A stretch of DNA of 64,000 nucleotides, taken from positions 39,984 to 103,983 of IMG/VR virus record IMGVR_UViG_3300010389_000003; one strand, written 5' to 3'. The position numbers and the translations under genes are program-made. The first letter of the stretch is position 1, and the number at the start of each line of letters is the position of its first letter. This stretch comes from a virus. Under the pieces are notes generated by a model. It searched no databases. It was not told the origin of the DNA and saw nothing but the letters and a program-made list of their open reading frames with translations. Shown here one piece after another: positions 19,908-29,873 of this stretch.

Positions 19908-20677
19908 TCGACCTCTGTGTGGTCAACTACAAGACCCCAAAGCACCTGAATCGCCTACTCGAAACACTCTGCCGCAGAGAGGGCAATTGGAAACTCTATA
20001 TAGCCGATAACGGTGGAGACGAAGAGTCCGCTAGGGTGATTAACAAACATGCCGAGTTTATAGAGCATGCGGTATTCAATGAGAACATAGGATACTCCGC
20101 TGCCTGCAATCAATTGGCTTCTATGGGCGACAGCAAGTATCTCTCTCTGCTCAATGCAGATGTTTGGATGAGACCCGAGCATGTCGAAGCCATCGAGGAG
20201 GTGCTTGAGTCTGATGAATCCATAGCCATATTGGGTCCCAAGCAGATGAACGAAAGAAACGAAATAGTCCATGCTGGAATCATTGGAACCAATACCCATC
20301 CAGCACATAGGGGTTGGCGCGTGGTGGATCACCAAGACACCATGTTCAAGGATCGGATAGACTGTGTAACCGTATCCGGTTCTGCATATTTCGTTCGTAG
20401 AGATGTGTGGGAAAAGCTGGGAGCTGACCCTGAATATAGAGATTTGTTCCCTGATGCCCTTGGCCCCTTTTTGCTTACACCTCATTACTACGAGGAAACC
20501 TTTTGTTCCTATTTTGCAAGACATAGGGGTTATCGCGTTGTCTATGACGGCACCGTCACCATTGGGCATTCATGGCATGCCAGCTCTGATGTTGGTGGTA
20601 GTGCAGATAGAATGTTCACGGTATCCAGAGACATATTCCGCAAGACATGTGAACACCTCAACATAGCAACCGATTGA
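19904..20677 (+). CDS. GT2-family glycosyltransferase (WbbL/rhamnosyltransferase-like)
   Basis: VVNY, IADNG, NIGYSAACN, LLNAD, VSGS, YYEET motifs. Confidence 0.85.
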   Translation: MIDLCVVNYKTPKHLNRLLETLCRREGNWKLYIADNGGDEESARVINKHAEFIEHAVFNENIGYSAACNQLASMGDSKYLSLLNADVWMRPEHVEAIEEVLESDESIAILGPKQMNERNEIVHAGIIGTNTHPAHRGWRVVDHQDTMFKDRIDCVTVSGSAYFVRRDVWEKLGADPEYRDLFPDALGPFLLTPHYYEETFCSYFARHRGYRVVYDGTVTIGHSWHASSDVGGSADRMFTVSRDIFRKTCEHLNIATD

Positions 20678-20696
20678 ATTTTTCTGTAAAAAGGCG

Positions 20697-20725
20697 TTGC
20701 AATAGATTGAAGTACCTGATAGATT
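20697..20725 (+). promoter_or_regulatory. sigma70-type promoter TTGCAA-17-TAGATT
   Basis: Canonical spacing and AT-rich upstream element; precedes the small gene at 20762. Confidence 0.6.
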
Positions 20726-20761
20726 AATCCACAGCTTACAACCAACAAAAAAGGAAGCATA

Positions 20762-20944
20762 GTGAGCAACAACAAGAACAAGACATGGACAGTTACCTTG
20801 ACCGCAGTAGTCAAGGCCAACACAAAGCGTGAGGCTGAGCTAGCCGTTAGCCGCGCCCGTGTTCCAGAGACAACGGTTGTCAGCCGAGACGTTACCGTTG
20901 AGCAGATTCCAGCTCGTGAAGCCAATAGGTATATGGCCTCCTGA
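20762..20944 (+). CDS. small hypothetical protein in its own transcription unit
   Basis: 60 aa; AAAGGAAG RBS; own promoter and terminator. Confidence 0.75.
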   Translation: MSNNKNKTWTVTLTAVVKANTKREAELAVSRARVPETTVVSRDVTVEQIPAREANRYMAS

Positions 20945-20967
20945 CCCAAGGTACACTAATAGAGTTC

Positions 20968-20995
20968 AAGGGGAGGGCTTGTCCCTCCCCTTTTT
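20968..20995 (+). terminator. intrinsic terminator
   Basis: AAGGGGAGGG-CTTGT-CCCTCCCCTT followed by a T tract. Confidence 0.85.
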
Positions 20996-21033
20996 CTTTG
21001 ATAAAATAGTGTTGACTCTAGGAGAGAACGGTT

Positions 21034-21735
21034 ATGAAAATAGTCGCCAACATGATTGGTTACAACGAGGCAGATAGATATCTACCCGAAGTGTTAGAAC
21101 ATTTACGGCCCCTGGTTGATGACATTGTTTTTACTGATGACGCCTCAACTGATAACACGCTGGAAGTGGCAGAGGGCTTCGGTGCACACGTGTATGCAAG
21201 CCTCTGGAAAGAGCCCATGTTCAAGATGAACGAAGCTCGCCTTCGTCAGTTCTCTTGGTGGAACTTGGAGAACCACGCATCTGTTGGTGACTGGGTCTTG
21301 GCAATTGATTGTGACGAGAAACTATACGAGACGTTTGACGACATTAAGATGCGTGATCTTATCCAGGAAGAGGACTTCGATGTCATCAACATCAAGTTCG
21401 TACATATGTGGAGTCGTACACACTTTAGGGTAGACAAGCTGTGGGCTCCCACCGACTCTCAAAGACTGTTTAGGTTCAGAGAAAACGCACAATATCGAAA
21501 CAAGAGATTAGCTTGCGGCGCAGAGCCAGCATATGTTATTGAGGCATTGAGACAAAATAGATTCCTCGTGAACAGTGGTCTAGTGATGCAGCATCTGGGG
21601 TATGCCGCCGAAGGAGATAAGGACGTTAAGTACCAAAGATATATGGAGCTTGATAAGGGCCAATATCACAATATCGATCATCTAAATTCCATCATTGACG
21701 AAGAAGTAGAACTAGTGGAGTGGAAGCTTTCCTAA
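21034..21735 (+). CDS. GT2-family glycosyltransferase
   Basis: NEADRYL, DDASTDNT, IDCDE, HLGY motifs. Confidence 0.85.
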   Translation: MKIVANMIGYNEADRYLPEVLEHLRPLVDDIVFTDDASTDNTLEVAEGFGAHVYASLWKEPMFKMNEARLRQFSWWNLENHASVGDWVLAIDCDEKLYETFDDIKMRDLIQEEDFDVINIKFVHMWSRTHFRVDKLWAPTDSQRLFRFRENAQYRNKRLACGAEPAYVIEALRQNRFLVNSGLVMQHLGYAAEGDKDVKYQRYMELDKGQYHNIDHLNSIIDEEVELVEWKLS

Positions 21736-22418
21736 TGCCAAGAGTAAGTATTATCTTAACCTCATACAACAGACCATATTTCCTAATGCAGTCGATCTGC
21801 TCTGCAATCAATCAGACCAGCAGAGACTTTGAGTTGATTGTGTGTGACGACAATTCGCCAGACCCCTTAGTAGAAGAGATTCTTTCTACTTTTGAAGAAC
21901 ATGATGATCACGTAAAGGTTTATCGCAGTGGGGTAGCGGAAGAGGACAGATATAAGACTGCGCGATACGCGACCATGATCAATCACGCAGTAAGAAACAT
22001 TGCAGAAGGTGACCTCATTACATATCTTACCGATGATGATATCTTCTATCCAGATAGAATCGAGAGAGGCATTGCAGCTTTTGATAACAACCCGTCTTAT
22101 CAGGTTGTTTATTTTAATCAGAATGTTTTAGATCTAGATCTTAGGATATGCGGCCAGCGTGAATTTGGAGACAAGCCCGTCTACAAAGCAGGGGATGCCG
22201 TTGATCATAATTCTGTCATGCATACAAAAGAGTTGTTCGATAGGGTTGATGGTTGGCCTGATATGGAACACCTGTGGGGTGGAGCAGACGCTGGGTTCTT
22301 CAAGGGAATCAATGACAAAGGCATAGCTTTCATGCCAGTCGGCGGCGCACCGGGAGATGGTCATCGGTATCACGAAGAGTCCGTACAATGGAAGCTAGCC
22401 AACGGAGTCTTTGGGTAA
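21735..22418 (+). CDS. GT2-family glycosyltransferase (SpsA-like)
   Basis: VSIILTSYNRP, CDDNS, YLTDDD, VDHNSVMH motifs. Confidence 0.85.
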   Translation: MPRVSIILTSYNRPYFLMQSICSAINQTSRDFELIVCDDNSPDPLVEEILSTFEEHDDHVKVYRSGVAEEDRYKTARYATMINHAVRNIAEGDLITYLTDDDIFYPDRIERGIAAFDNNPSYQVVYFNQNVLDLDLRICGQREFGDKPVYKAGDAVDHNSVMHTKELFDRVDGWPDMEHLWGGADAGFFKGINDKGIAFMPVGGAPGDGHRYHEESVQWKLANGVFG

Positions 22419-22948
22419 TGGACATTACAGTTGTAACACCGACGCTGCCACAGAGAAGCCCACTATTGGCAGAAGCTGTGGCTTCGGTTTCCAAACAGAC
22501 CCATCAGGTATCTGGGCATTTGATTGGAGCAGACTATCGGCGTGATGGTCCTGTTGATATGAGAAATCGGCTCATCAATATAGTGGACACAGAATGGACT
22601 GCGTTTCTTGATGATGATGACATACTCTTCCCTAAACACTTTGAGGTTATGCTACCCTACGCAGATAAAGCCGACTTGATCTGGACCTGGTGTGTTTCAG
22701 AGGGTAGGGGCAGCTTTAACCCGAACAGCAGCTTCAATGAGCGTAGACTTAGAGAGGATGGCAATTATATACCCATAACGGTAGCGGTCAGAACAAGCTT
22801 CTTACGTGAAGTTGGTGGGTTCAGAGAACATCCACAGGAAGATTGGGACCTATGGGTACGCCTTCTTGATGCAGGTGCTCGATTTCTTAATGTGCCTGTG
22901 ATAACATGGAACTATAGATTCCTTGGAGAGAATAGGACATTTGGATGA
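22418..22948 (+). CDS. GT2-family glycosyltransferase
   Basis: VVTPT, FLDDDD, EDWDLW motifs. Confidence 0.85.
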   Translation: MDITVVTPTLPQRSPLLAEAVASVSKQTHQVSGHLIGADYRRDGPVDMRNRLINIVDTEWTAFLDDDDILFPKHFEVMLPYADKADLIWTWCVSEGRGSFNPNSSFNERRLREDGNYIPITVAVRTSFLREVGGFREHPQEDWDLWVRLLDAGARFLNVPVITWNYRFLGENRTFG

Positions 22949-23646
22949 AAGATTTGACGATTGTTATTCCATTTAGGGCTGCCAGTGAACGTCGCATGCA
23001 GATAATGGATTGGATTTGTAACAGATATAGAATATTGTTTCCCGAATCAAACATTGTTGTCTCGGATTCCGATAAAGATAAGCCCTTTAGTAGGGCTCAG
23101 TCTAGGAACCATGGGGTAGACATGGTTGATACGGAATATCTTTTGTTAGCTGATGCAGACACGATACCGTTTCGTCCCTTCATTGAACTTGGTGTCAAGG
23201 CACTTCAGGAAGGTGCAAACTGGGTAGTGCCTTATGGTACTAGAGGTTTCTATGTCTTGAAGAAACCATTTTCAGATAAGTTGCTATCTGGTCCGCCCGA
23301 TGCATTTGTTACGCCGGATACATTTGAATGGCTACATCAAACCGAATCATGGGGAGGACTTATCTTGATGAGAACAGAATCCTTCTACGAGGTCAATGGT
23401 TATGATGAAAGATTCCAGGGTTGGGGATACGAAGATAACGCTTTCCAGCGTGCGATGGATACGATCATCGGTGAGTTTACTCGCATCGAATCAGGATGGA
23501 GCGCTCACCTGTGGCATGAAGCACCCATGGAAGAGACCTGGGAGCACCCACAAATAAAAGTCAATATTGACAGATTGAGTCATTATGTAGAGGCAGTAGG
23601 CAATCGTGAACAAATGCTTTCTGTAGTAAGCGGAAATAGGATTTGA
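22945..23646 (+). CDS. GT2/GT7-C-like glycosyltransferase
   Basis: IVIPFR, FSRAQSRN.G, DAD, GYDERFQGWGYED motifs. Confidence 0.85.
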   Translation: MKDLTIVIPFRAASERRMQIMDWICNRYRILFPESNIVVSDSDKDKPFSRAQSRNHGVDMVDTEYLLLADADTIPFRPFIELGVKALQEGANWVVPYGTRGFYVLKKPFSDKLLSGPPDAFVTPDTFEWLHQTESWGGLILMRTESFYEVNGYDERFQGWGYEDNAFQRAMDTIIGEFTRIESGWSAHLWHEAPMEETWEHPQIKVNIDRLSHYVEAVGNREQMLSVVSGNRI

Positions 23647-24474
23647 TTGATGGACAAGCTTAAGTTGAACATCATAGGTGACACATTCACCTATAGACAT
23701 AGTGGCAATAAGGGCTTCTCTGTTCACCAGAAAGAAGCAAAGCACCTGGAGTGGACTCAAGATGGCTCCGGGGTTGGCTCTGTTTATGTCGATGTAGCAG
23801 TCCATAGGGGTCAGAATTTCAATTTCGGTGGCCCCAGATATGCCTGGTTGTATGAATCGAAATTTATAGTTCCGGGTCCAACGGCAGATGTCTTGTCTCA
23901 CACTGATTGGTATTTAGATAACTTTGACTTGATCTTCACACACGATCAAGAGATATTAGCTTTGAGCGACAAATGCAAGTTCGTTCCAGCTAATGGGATC
24001 TGGATCGAAGAGCCCAAGATGTATCATAAATCGAAATTGGTTTCAATGATCTCATCCAATAAGCTAATGACGGATGGTCACCGTGAAAGATTGAACTGGG
24101 TTGAAAGACTTAGGTCTCAGCTTGACCTTTATGGTAGAGGGTTTAACTCTATCGACTCGAAAGAGAGTGGACTATGCGACTACATGTTCTCTGTGACAAT
24201 AGAAAACGGATGCTACTCTTCGTATTTCACTGAGAAGATTCTAGACTGCTTTGCTACGGGGACAATACCCATATACTTAGGTAGCCCAGATATAGGCGAT
24301 TTCTTTAATCTGGATGGGATTATACCTTTGACAGATGATTTCAGTATCGACGAATTGACTACAGACCTCTATTACGATAAGCTAGATGCTATAAAAGATA
24401 ATCTAAATCGGGTGATGGATATGGTAATACCGGAAGATTATATGTATAAGCATTACCTGTCCGTGAGACATTAA
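23647..24474 (+). CDS. GT10-like (fucosyltransferase-type) glycosyltransferase
   Basis: YMFSVTIEN...YFTEKILDCFATGTIPIYLG. Confidence 0.8.
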   Translation: MMDKLKLNIIGDTFTYRHSGNKGFSVHQKEAKHLEWTQDGSGVGSVYVDVAVHRGQNFNFGGPRYAWLYESKFIVPGPTADVLSHTDWYLDNFDLIFTHDQEILALSDKCKFVPANGIWIEEPKMYHKSKLVSMISSNKLMTDGHRERLNWVERLRSQLDLYGRGFNSIDSKESGLCDYMFSVTIENGCYSSYFTEKILDCFATGTIPIYLGSPDIGDFFNLDGIIPLTDDFSIDELTTDLYYDKLDAIKDNLNRVMDMVIPEDYMYKHYLSVRH

Positions 24475-24476
24475 TT

Positions 24477-25154
24477 ATGGGAAACATACACCTAGTACAA
24501 ACAGTAGGATTGGGTGATGTGTTTTTTATCCAGAAAATGTGTAATGTATTGTCGGAAAACAACACGGTATACCTGCCAGTGGAAGATAGCACCTGGAGTC
24601 GTGGAGCCAATAGATTGCGTAGCCCTGCTATCATTGCGCCCAAGAGCAATCTTGTAGCAGAAGTTGCAGACGCAGAAAGAATAGATTTGTCATATCAACC
24701 CCAACCTAGGGGTTATGTTGATACTATGACTTCAAAATACGATGGCGTAGGCATTGACTGGAGAGATTGGAGTGATTACTTTCTATACGATCGGGATATA
24801 GAGGCAGAAAAAAGAATAGCAGATCACTATAACGTAGAACCTGGAGACAGATTCATCATATGTAACGAATACTTTTCGTCTGAAGTTCAGGTCAACAGTC
24901 AAGTAAAGAAGGCTTTACCAAAAGAATATGACGGTAAAATTGTGGACCTCGATCCCTATATCCCTGAGACCACCGTTTTTGATTATTGTTGGCTTTTTGA
25001 AAACGCAGAAGAAATTCATACCACAGATACATGTTTCTTATTTATTATAGAAACTTTAAATTTAAATACAGATCGATTAGTGGTTCATTGTAGAAGAAAT
25101 CTTACAAAGGAGACGATCTCACCTTTGTTCACTAAAGTGTGGGAGTGGCATTAG
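24477..25154 (+). CDS. putative glycan-modifying protein (GT-B-like)
   Basis: GLGD N-terminal motif and ENAEEIHTTDTC; cluster context. Confidence 0.55.
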   Translation: MGNIHLVQTVGLGDVFFIQKMCNVLSENNTVYLPVEDSTWSRGANRLRSPAIIAPKSNLVAEVADAERIDLSYQPQPRGYVDTMTSKYDGVGIDWRDWSDYFLYDRDIEAEKRIADHYNVEPGDRFIICNEYFSSEVQVNSQVKKALPKEYDGKIVDLDPYIPETTVFDYCWLFENAEEIHTTDTCFLFIIETLNLNTDRLVVHCRRNLTKETISPLFTKVWEWH

Positions 25155-25155
25155 A

Positions 25156-25647
25156 ATGGAAACAATAGCTTTTGAAGGACAGAATTATCCAGCATTCCAA
25201 GCTAATGGAAACGCCGCGCAGTACATCATGCCTATAGCAAAAGAGTTTTGTTCTGGTTACGGGTATGATATAGGTTGCAATAATGATGAATGGAAAATGC
25301 CAGAAGCAATCCCCATAGACCTAACCTTTGATGACGAATGGGACGCTGCTAATCTTCCTGATGGCAAAGTTGATTACATATTCTCAAGCCATTGTTTAGA
25401 GCACCTGAATAATTGGGTGGAGGCTATAGAATATTGGACCACTAAAATCAAAACGGGTGGTTCTCTTTTCCTCTACTTGCCTAGCTATACTCAAAGATAT
25501 TGGAGACCCTGGAATAATAGAAAGCATAAAAGTATCATGGATCCGCAAGCCATATCCGATCTTATGGTTAACTTAGAATATACAAATATATATCTGAGTG
25601 GTATTGATTTAAATAATTCGTTTTCTATAACAGGAGAGAAGTCTTAA
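25156..25647 (+). CDS. class I SAM-dependent methyltransferase
   Basis: YDIGC, DYIFSSHCLEH, KTGG motifs. Confidence 0.8.
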   Translation: METIAFEGQNYPAFQANGNAAQYIMPIAKEFCSGYGYDIGCNNDEWKMPEAIPIDLTFDDEWDAANLPDGKVDYIFSSHCLEHLNNWVEAIEYWTTKIKTGGSLFLYLPSYTQRYWRPWNNRKHKSIMDPQAISDLMVNLEYTNIYLSGIDLNNSFSITGEKS

Positions 25648-26237
25648 TGGGAGAGCTTAGTAAGGCTATAAATGTAGCTGATGTTTGTAATCATTACGAT
25701 ATAAAGGCTTTTCTAGAAACGGGAACCGGCGATGGTCTTTCTGTTAAATTTGTTGATGATGTGGTATCAGACATAGAGATACATACGATTGAGTTTGTTC
25801 ATGAAATTTTTGAAGAGACCACCAAAAATCTTATGCATGACCACACAAATATAAACTTCCATTTTGGCAGCTCGAAGGATAGACTCAAAGATATCGTTCC
25901 AAACCTTAATGGGAATGTACTTTTTTGGCTTGATGCACATTTCCCCGGGGCAGACTATGGATTAGCGGGATACGGTGACTACAAAGATGACTCTCTCCGA
26001 ATACCCTTAGAGATAGAGCTATCTACCATTTGTGAATTACGCGATGTATCGAATGATGTATTCGTCATGGACGATTTAAGAATCTATGAAGACGGACCAT
26101 TTCAAAGCGGCAATTGGGGAGACAGAAACCATCTTGGTGGAGTTGGTATAGATTTCGTTTATGACCTTTTGGGTGATACACATCGCATAGAAAAGTCTTA
26201 TGTGCAGCAAGGGTTCATTATAGGGTGGCCCATATAG
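25647..26237 (+). CDS. methyltransferase-fold protein
   Basis: FLETGTGDG, TIE, FWLDAH, MDDLR motifs. Confidence 0.7.
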   Translation: MGELSKAINVADVCNHYDIKAFLETGTGDGLSVKFVDDVVSDIEIHTIEFVHEIFEETTKNLMHDHTNINFHFGSSKDRLKDIVPNLNGNVLFWLDAHFPGADYGLAGYGDYKDDSLRIPLEIELSTICELRDVSNDVFVMDDLRIYEDGPFQSGNWGDRNHLGGVGIDFVYDLLGDTHRIEKSYVQQGFIIGWPI

Positions 26238-27116
26238 ATGAAAGTCTTAAACTTTGTTAGACCAGAAAATGGATTAATTCATGATCCAATATACTATTTG
26301 GGTTTTGAAAACTTTGAAGAAGATGGTAGAGATTGCTACTTCTTTATGGCAGATCTTTACGATGAATTAGCGTAAGGCAAATATGAAGACAAAGAAAAGG
26401 TCGCCCTTACATTAGAAGAGCCGAACTTTTATATGCCTGGATTGCATATGAGTATGTACGACCACGCTGATACAATCCTTACCCTGTGTCCATACACATC
26501 GGCGCTGCACGACAAAAGTACTTTGGTTTTCTTTCCATTTAATGAAGCACTTATCCCTCAAAGGGGAAACAAGCATATTGACATAGCCTATTTCGGATCA
26601 CCAATGCCATCCAAAGTTGTGCAGTGGGATAAATATATGAGCATTCTGGCACAATATAACTATCGTTATGGTCACTATAATGCTGGTAACATGCGTGGTT
26701 GCACCTATATGGATAAAATAATCACCCTCAGCGAGACCAAGCTTGCACTGGTACATGGTCTTTGTAATGTGCAGCAGCGATTCGTTCCACAGTATAAGGC
26801 TTCTCTTGGGGCCGCAGAGAATAAGGCCTTTGATCGCATTGATGAAGGGTACCTTCCGCAAATAAAGTCTAGGATGTTTGAGGCTGCTTTTACGAAAGCC
26901 GTGATGCTATGTCAGCATGATCCCTTCAATCCAATAGAAAACTTCTTTGAGCCAGATGAGGAATTCGTATATTTTTATAACGCAGAAGATTTAAGTGATA
27001 AGATAAAAGAACTACTTGATAACGATAGCCTAAGAGAGCAAATAGCAGAGAGAGCATATGAGCGCGCAATCAATAACTATACAACAAGACATTTCGTCAA
27101 CAATTTCCTACTATGA
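26238..27116 (+). pseudogene. CgeB/Glyco_trans_1_2-like glycosyltransferase interrupted by one in-frame TAA at 26373-26375
   Basis: ATG at 26238 abuts the previous stop; 45 codons, then TAA, then the same frame continues into the tracked ORF 26433..27116 (KSRMFEAA, FEPDEEF, REQIAERAYE). Confidence 0.7.
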
Positions 27117-28065
27117 GCCATTAAAAATCAACATAGTCACAACAACAATCAATCCTCCTACTCCAGCCCTTTTAAAGTTTGCCGAGATAGTATCTCAACG
27201 CGGTGGTAAGATTTTCATAGTTGGCGACAAGAAGACTCCGCATTCCGATTATGCCGATTTACAGAAGTCCAATAGCAGCATTGTCTATCTGGATCCTGCG
27301 TATCAAGAAGATGAGTATTCAGATCTGAGTGCAATCATCGGATGGAACTCTATACAGCGTAGAAACATAGGCTTCATAGAGGCCTGGAGAGATGGTACCG
27401 CAGAAACCATTGCCACCGTTGATGACGACAACTACCCGTACGATGGTTGGGGAACGAATGTAGAAGTCAACAGATCACGACCGGTCGAAGTTTATGATAC
27501 TGAAAACCTACGCTTTGAACCCCTGAGTGTAACGAATCAACCACATCTTTGGCATAGAGGGTTTCCGGTAGAGCAGCTTCCGGATCGAAACAAGAATCAG
27601 TACAAGGGCGTATATGATATATATAGTCCGATTCAAGCAGACTTGTGGGATGGTGATCCAGACATAGACGCTATGTGTCGGATACCAAATAAGCCATGTG
27701 TTAAATTTGACACGACAAAGCCGTACACCTCCAGTGCCATGTCTCCTTTCAATAGTCAAAATACGTTCATCTCAAGACGATACCTACCAAATTATTGTGT
27801 CTTTCCGCACATTGGCAGAATGGATGATATATGGGGGGCCTATGTATTCCAATACCTAACTGACACACTGCCCGTATACGCTCCAGCATCTGTGTATCAG
27901 GATAGGAATGATCATGATTTGGTTAGAGACCTTGAGGATGAAGTCATAGGCTATCGGAACACCAATAATCTTGTTAACGATATGGCCAATTGGAAAGCCT
28001 ACATGCCTGCCAGAACTTTAGAATTTTGGGATGCGTATAGGGAGCAATACGGAGTGCCATCATGA
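27058..28065 (+). CDS. STELLO/DUF288-like (RGP-related) glycosyltransferase-family protein
   Basis: IVTTTINPPT, VGDKKTP, RRNIGF, VDDDN, WHRGFP, DPDIDA, FNSQNT, GRMDDIW; start uncertain. Confidence 0.75.
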   Translation: MSAQSITIQQDISSTISYYEPLKINIVTTTINPPTPALLKFAEIVSQRGGKIFIVGDKKTPHSDYADLQKSNSSIVYLDPAYQEDEYSDLSAIIGWNSIQRRNIGFIEAWRDGTAETIATVDDDNYPYDGWGTNVEVNRSRPVEVYDTENLRFEPLSVTNQPHLWHRGFPVEQLPDRNKNQYKGVYDIYSPIQADLWDGDPDIDAMCRIPNKPCVKFDTTKPYTSSAMSPFNSQNTFISRRYLPNYCVFPHIGRMDDIWGAYVFQYLTDTLPVYAPASVYQDRNDHDLVRDLEDEVIGYRNTNNLVNDMANWKAYMPARTLEFWDAYREQYGVPS

Positions 28066-28460
28066 CCCTGGTTTTTGTGAACGGCTGTTTCGATATCATT
28101 CATGTTGGGCATATAGAACTTTTCAAGTATGCTAGCTCACTGGGCGACCTTCTTATGGTTGCACTTGACTCTGATGACAAGGTCAAGACAGATAAGGGTG
28201 GGGATAGACCTATCAACAACTTGATTGATAGGCTGGAAATTGTACGATCCATTAAGTATGTAGATTCAGTATCCTTCTTCAACAACAAGGAGCAGCTTGA
28301 GGGATTGGTAAAACTGTTTCGACCAGATATAATGGTCGTAGGTTCTGACTGGCGGGGAAAACAAATTGTCGGTAGCCAACACGCAGGAGAGGTAAAGTAC
28401 TTTGACAGAATCCCAGGATACTCAACATCAGCAACCATTGAGAGTATTGCTGATAGGTGA
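28062..28460 (+). CDS. RfaE domain II-like sugar-1-phosphate nucleotidyltransferase
   Basis: NGCFDIIHVGH, KGGDRPIN, GSDW, GYSTS motifs. Confidence 0.85.
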   Translation: MTLVFVNGCFDIIHVGHIELFKYASSLGDLLMVALDSDDKVKTDKGGDRPINNLIDRLEIVRSIKYVDSVSFFNNKEQLEGLVKLFRPDIMVVGSDWRGKQIVGSQHAGEVKYFDRIPGYSTSATIESIADR

Positions 28461-29235
28461 ATCATGTATGGACGAATACAGATACGGGACGGTGGATCGA
28501 ATTTCACCGGAAGCACCCGTCCCAGTATTCCTGCAATCCCATACTGAGACAAAGCTAGGGATGGCCATGAATGTCAAGGCTAATCTTGAGGCTTTTGGAA
28601 TCGAAGTACACGTGCAGACAAATCGTCCGAGTCAAATAATTAAAACTAGATACGTAGATACGACATCTGGTTATCAGCTTATGAGAGCAGATCTCGAAAA
28701 AGATATCGAACCAGTAACCGAATATGGTCTCAAGCCTGATCTAGAAGAATACAATGCTATTGTGATATCTGATTACGATAAGGGATTTGTTGATCCAGCA
28801 TACATAATAAGGTTGCGAGCCGAGACCGATGTGCCCATCGTAGTAGATAGCAAGCGTACTGATTTGTCACCATATGATGACTGCATCATCAAGGTAAACG
28901 AGAAAGAATATAACAATTTGGATAGAAAAAAGATACCCCCTACATGCCGCCTCTTAATCACCCAAGGCAAGATGGGTGCATATGACATGCAGGATCTCCG
29001 TCAGTATTCTGCTCCACAGGTTGAGATGTATGATGTAACGGGAGCTGGTGATGTGTTTACCGCTGCCCTTACATACGGTCTACTCAGCGAAAAGTTTGGA
29101 CCAACAGAGCCTCAAATGGCCTATGGTAACCCATTTTCATGTATACAGAAAGCCGTTGACATAGCATCACTGTCTGTCACGCACCATGGGGCCTATACCG
29201 TGACTGGGGAGGACATAAATGAAATATATAATTGA
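28402..29235 (+). CDS. RfaE domain I-like PfkB sugar kinase
   Basis: RISPEAPVPV, ISDYDKG, DVTGAGDVF motifs. Confidence 0.88.
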   Translation: MTESQDTQHQQPLRVLLIGESCMDEYRYGTVDRISPEAPVPVFLQSHTETKLGMAMNVKANLEAFGIEVHVQTNRPSQIIKTRYVDTTSGYQLMRADLEKDIEPVTEYGLKPDLEEYNAIVISDYDKGFVDPAYIIRLRAETDVPIVVDSKRTDLSPYDDCIIKVNEKEYNNLDRKKIPPTCRLLITQGKMGAYDMQDLRQYSAPQVEMYDVTGAGDVFTAALTYGLLSEKFGPTEPQMAYGNPFSCIQKAVDIASLSVTHHGAYTVTGEDINEIYN

Positions 29236-29536
29236 TATAGATGGTACCATCTGCTATTCAAGAGATGGCGACTATGAAAGTGCCATCGCGATACCAGAGC
29301 GGATCGCTCAATTGAATAGGCTATACGATGAAGGCCATGTTATGATATATTTCACCGCCAGAGGAATGGGTAGGTTTGAAGGTGACACCAGAAGATGTGT
29401 AGATGTGTTCGCTGACTTAACACACAGACAGCTATACGAATGGGGAGTGAAGTATAGCGATCTTTGGATGGGTAAACCAAGTGGGGACTTTTATATAGAC
29501 GACAAAGGTATAAACGCAAATGATTTCTTCGATTGA
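29219..29536 (+). CDS. HAD-family phosphatase (capsule-biosynthesis type)
   Basis: DIDGT, FTARG, GKP, YIDDK motifs. Confidence 0.85.
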   Translation: MKYIIDIDGTICYSRDGDYESAIAIPERIAQLNRLYDEGHVMIYFTARGMGRFEGDTRRCVDVFADLTHRQLYEWGVKYSDLWMGKPSGDFYIDDKGINANDFFD

Positions 29537-29873
29537 GAAAGTAGAAAAAGGCTGGGGTCATGAGACCTGGTTTGTAAACAAGCCAGCGTATTGTGGTAAA
29601 TTGCTTTTTTTCGAGAAAGACAAGAAGTGTTCATGGCACTACCATAAAATAAAAGATGAAACCTTCTATGTCCACAAGGGTTCCATCGAATTATTCTTCT
29701 CTCATGAGGATGATCTATCTGAGGCCAGTATGATCACCCTGACCAAGGGGGATACATTTCATGTTTACCCAGGACTCAGACACCAGATGATAGCATTAGA
29801 GGACACCGAACTGTTTGAGTTTTCCACAGAACACTTTGAAAGCGACAGCTACAGAATAATCAAAGGCGATTGA
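29520..29873 (+). CDS. cupin (sugar isomerase-like)
   Basis: KGWGHE, CSWHYHKIKDETFYV, H..IALED motifs. Confidence 0.8.
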   Translation: MISSIEKVEKGWGHETWFVNKPAYCGKLLFFEKDKKCSWHYHKIKDETFYVHKGSIELFFSHEDDLSEASMITLTKGDTFHVYPGLRHQMIALEDTELFEFSTEHFESDSYRIIKGD

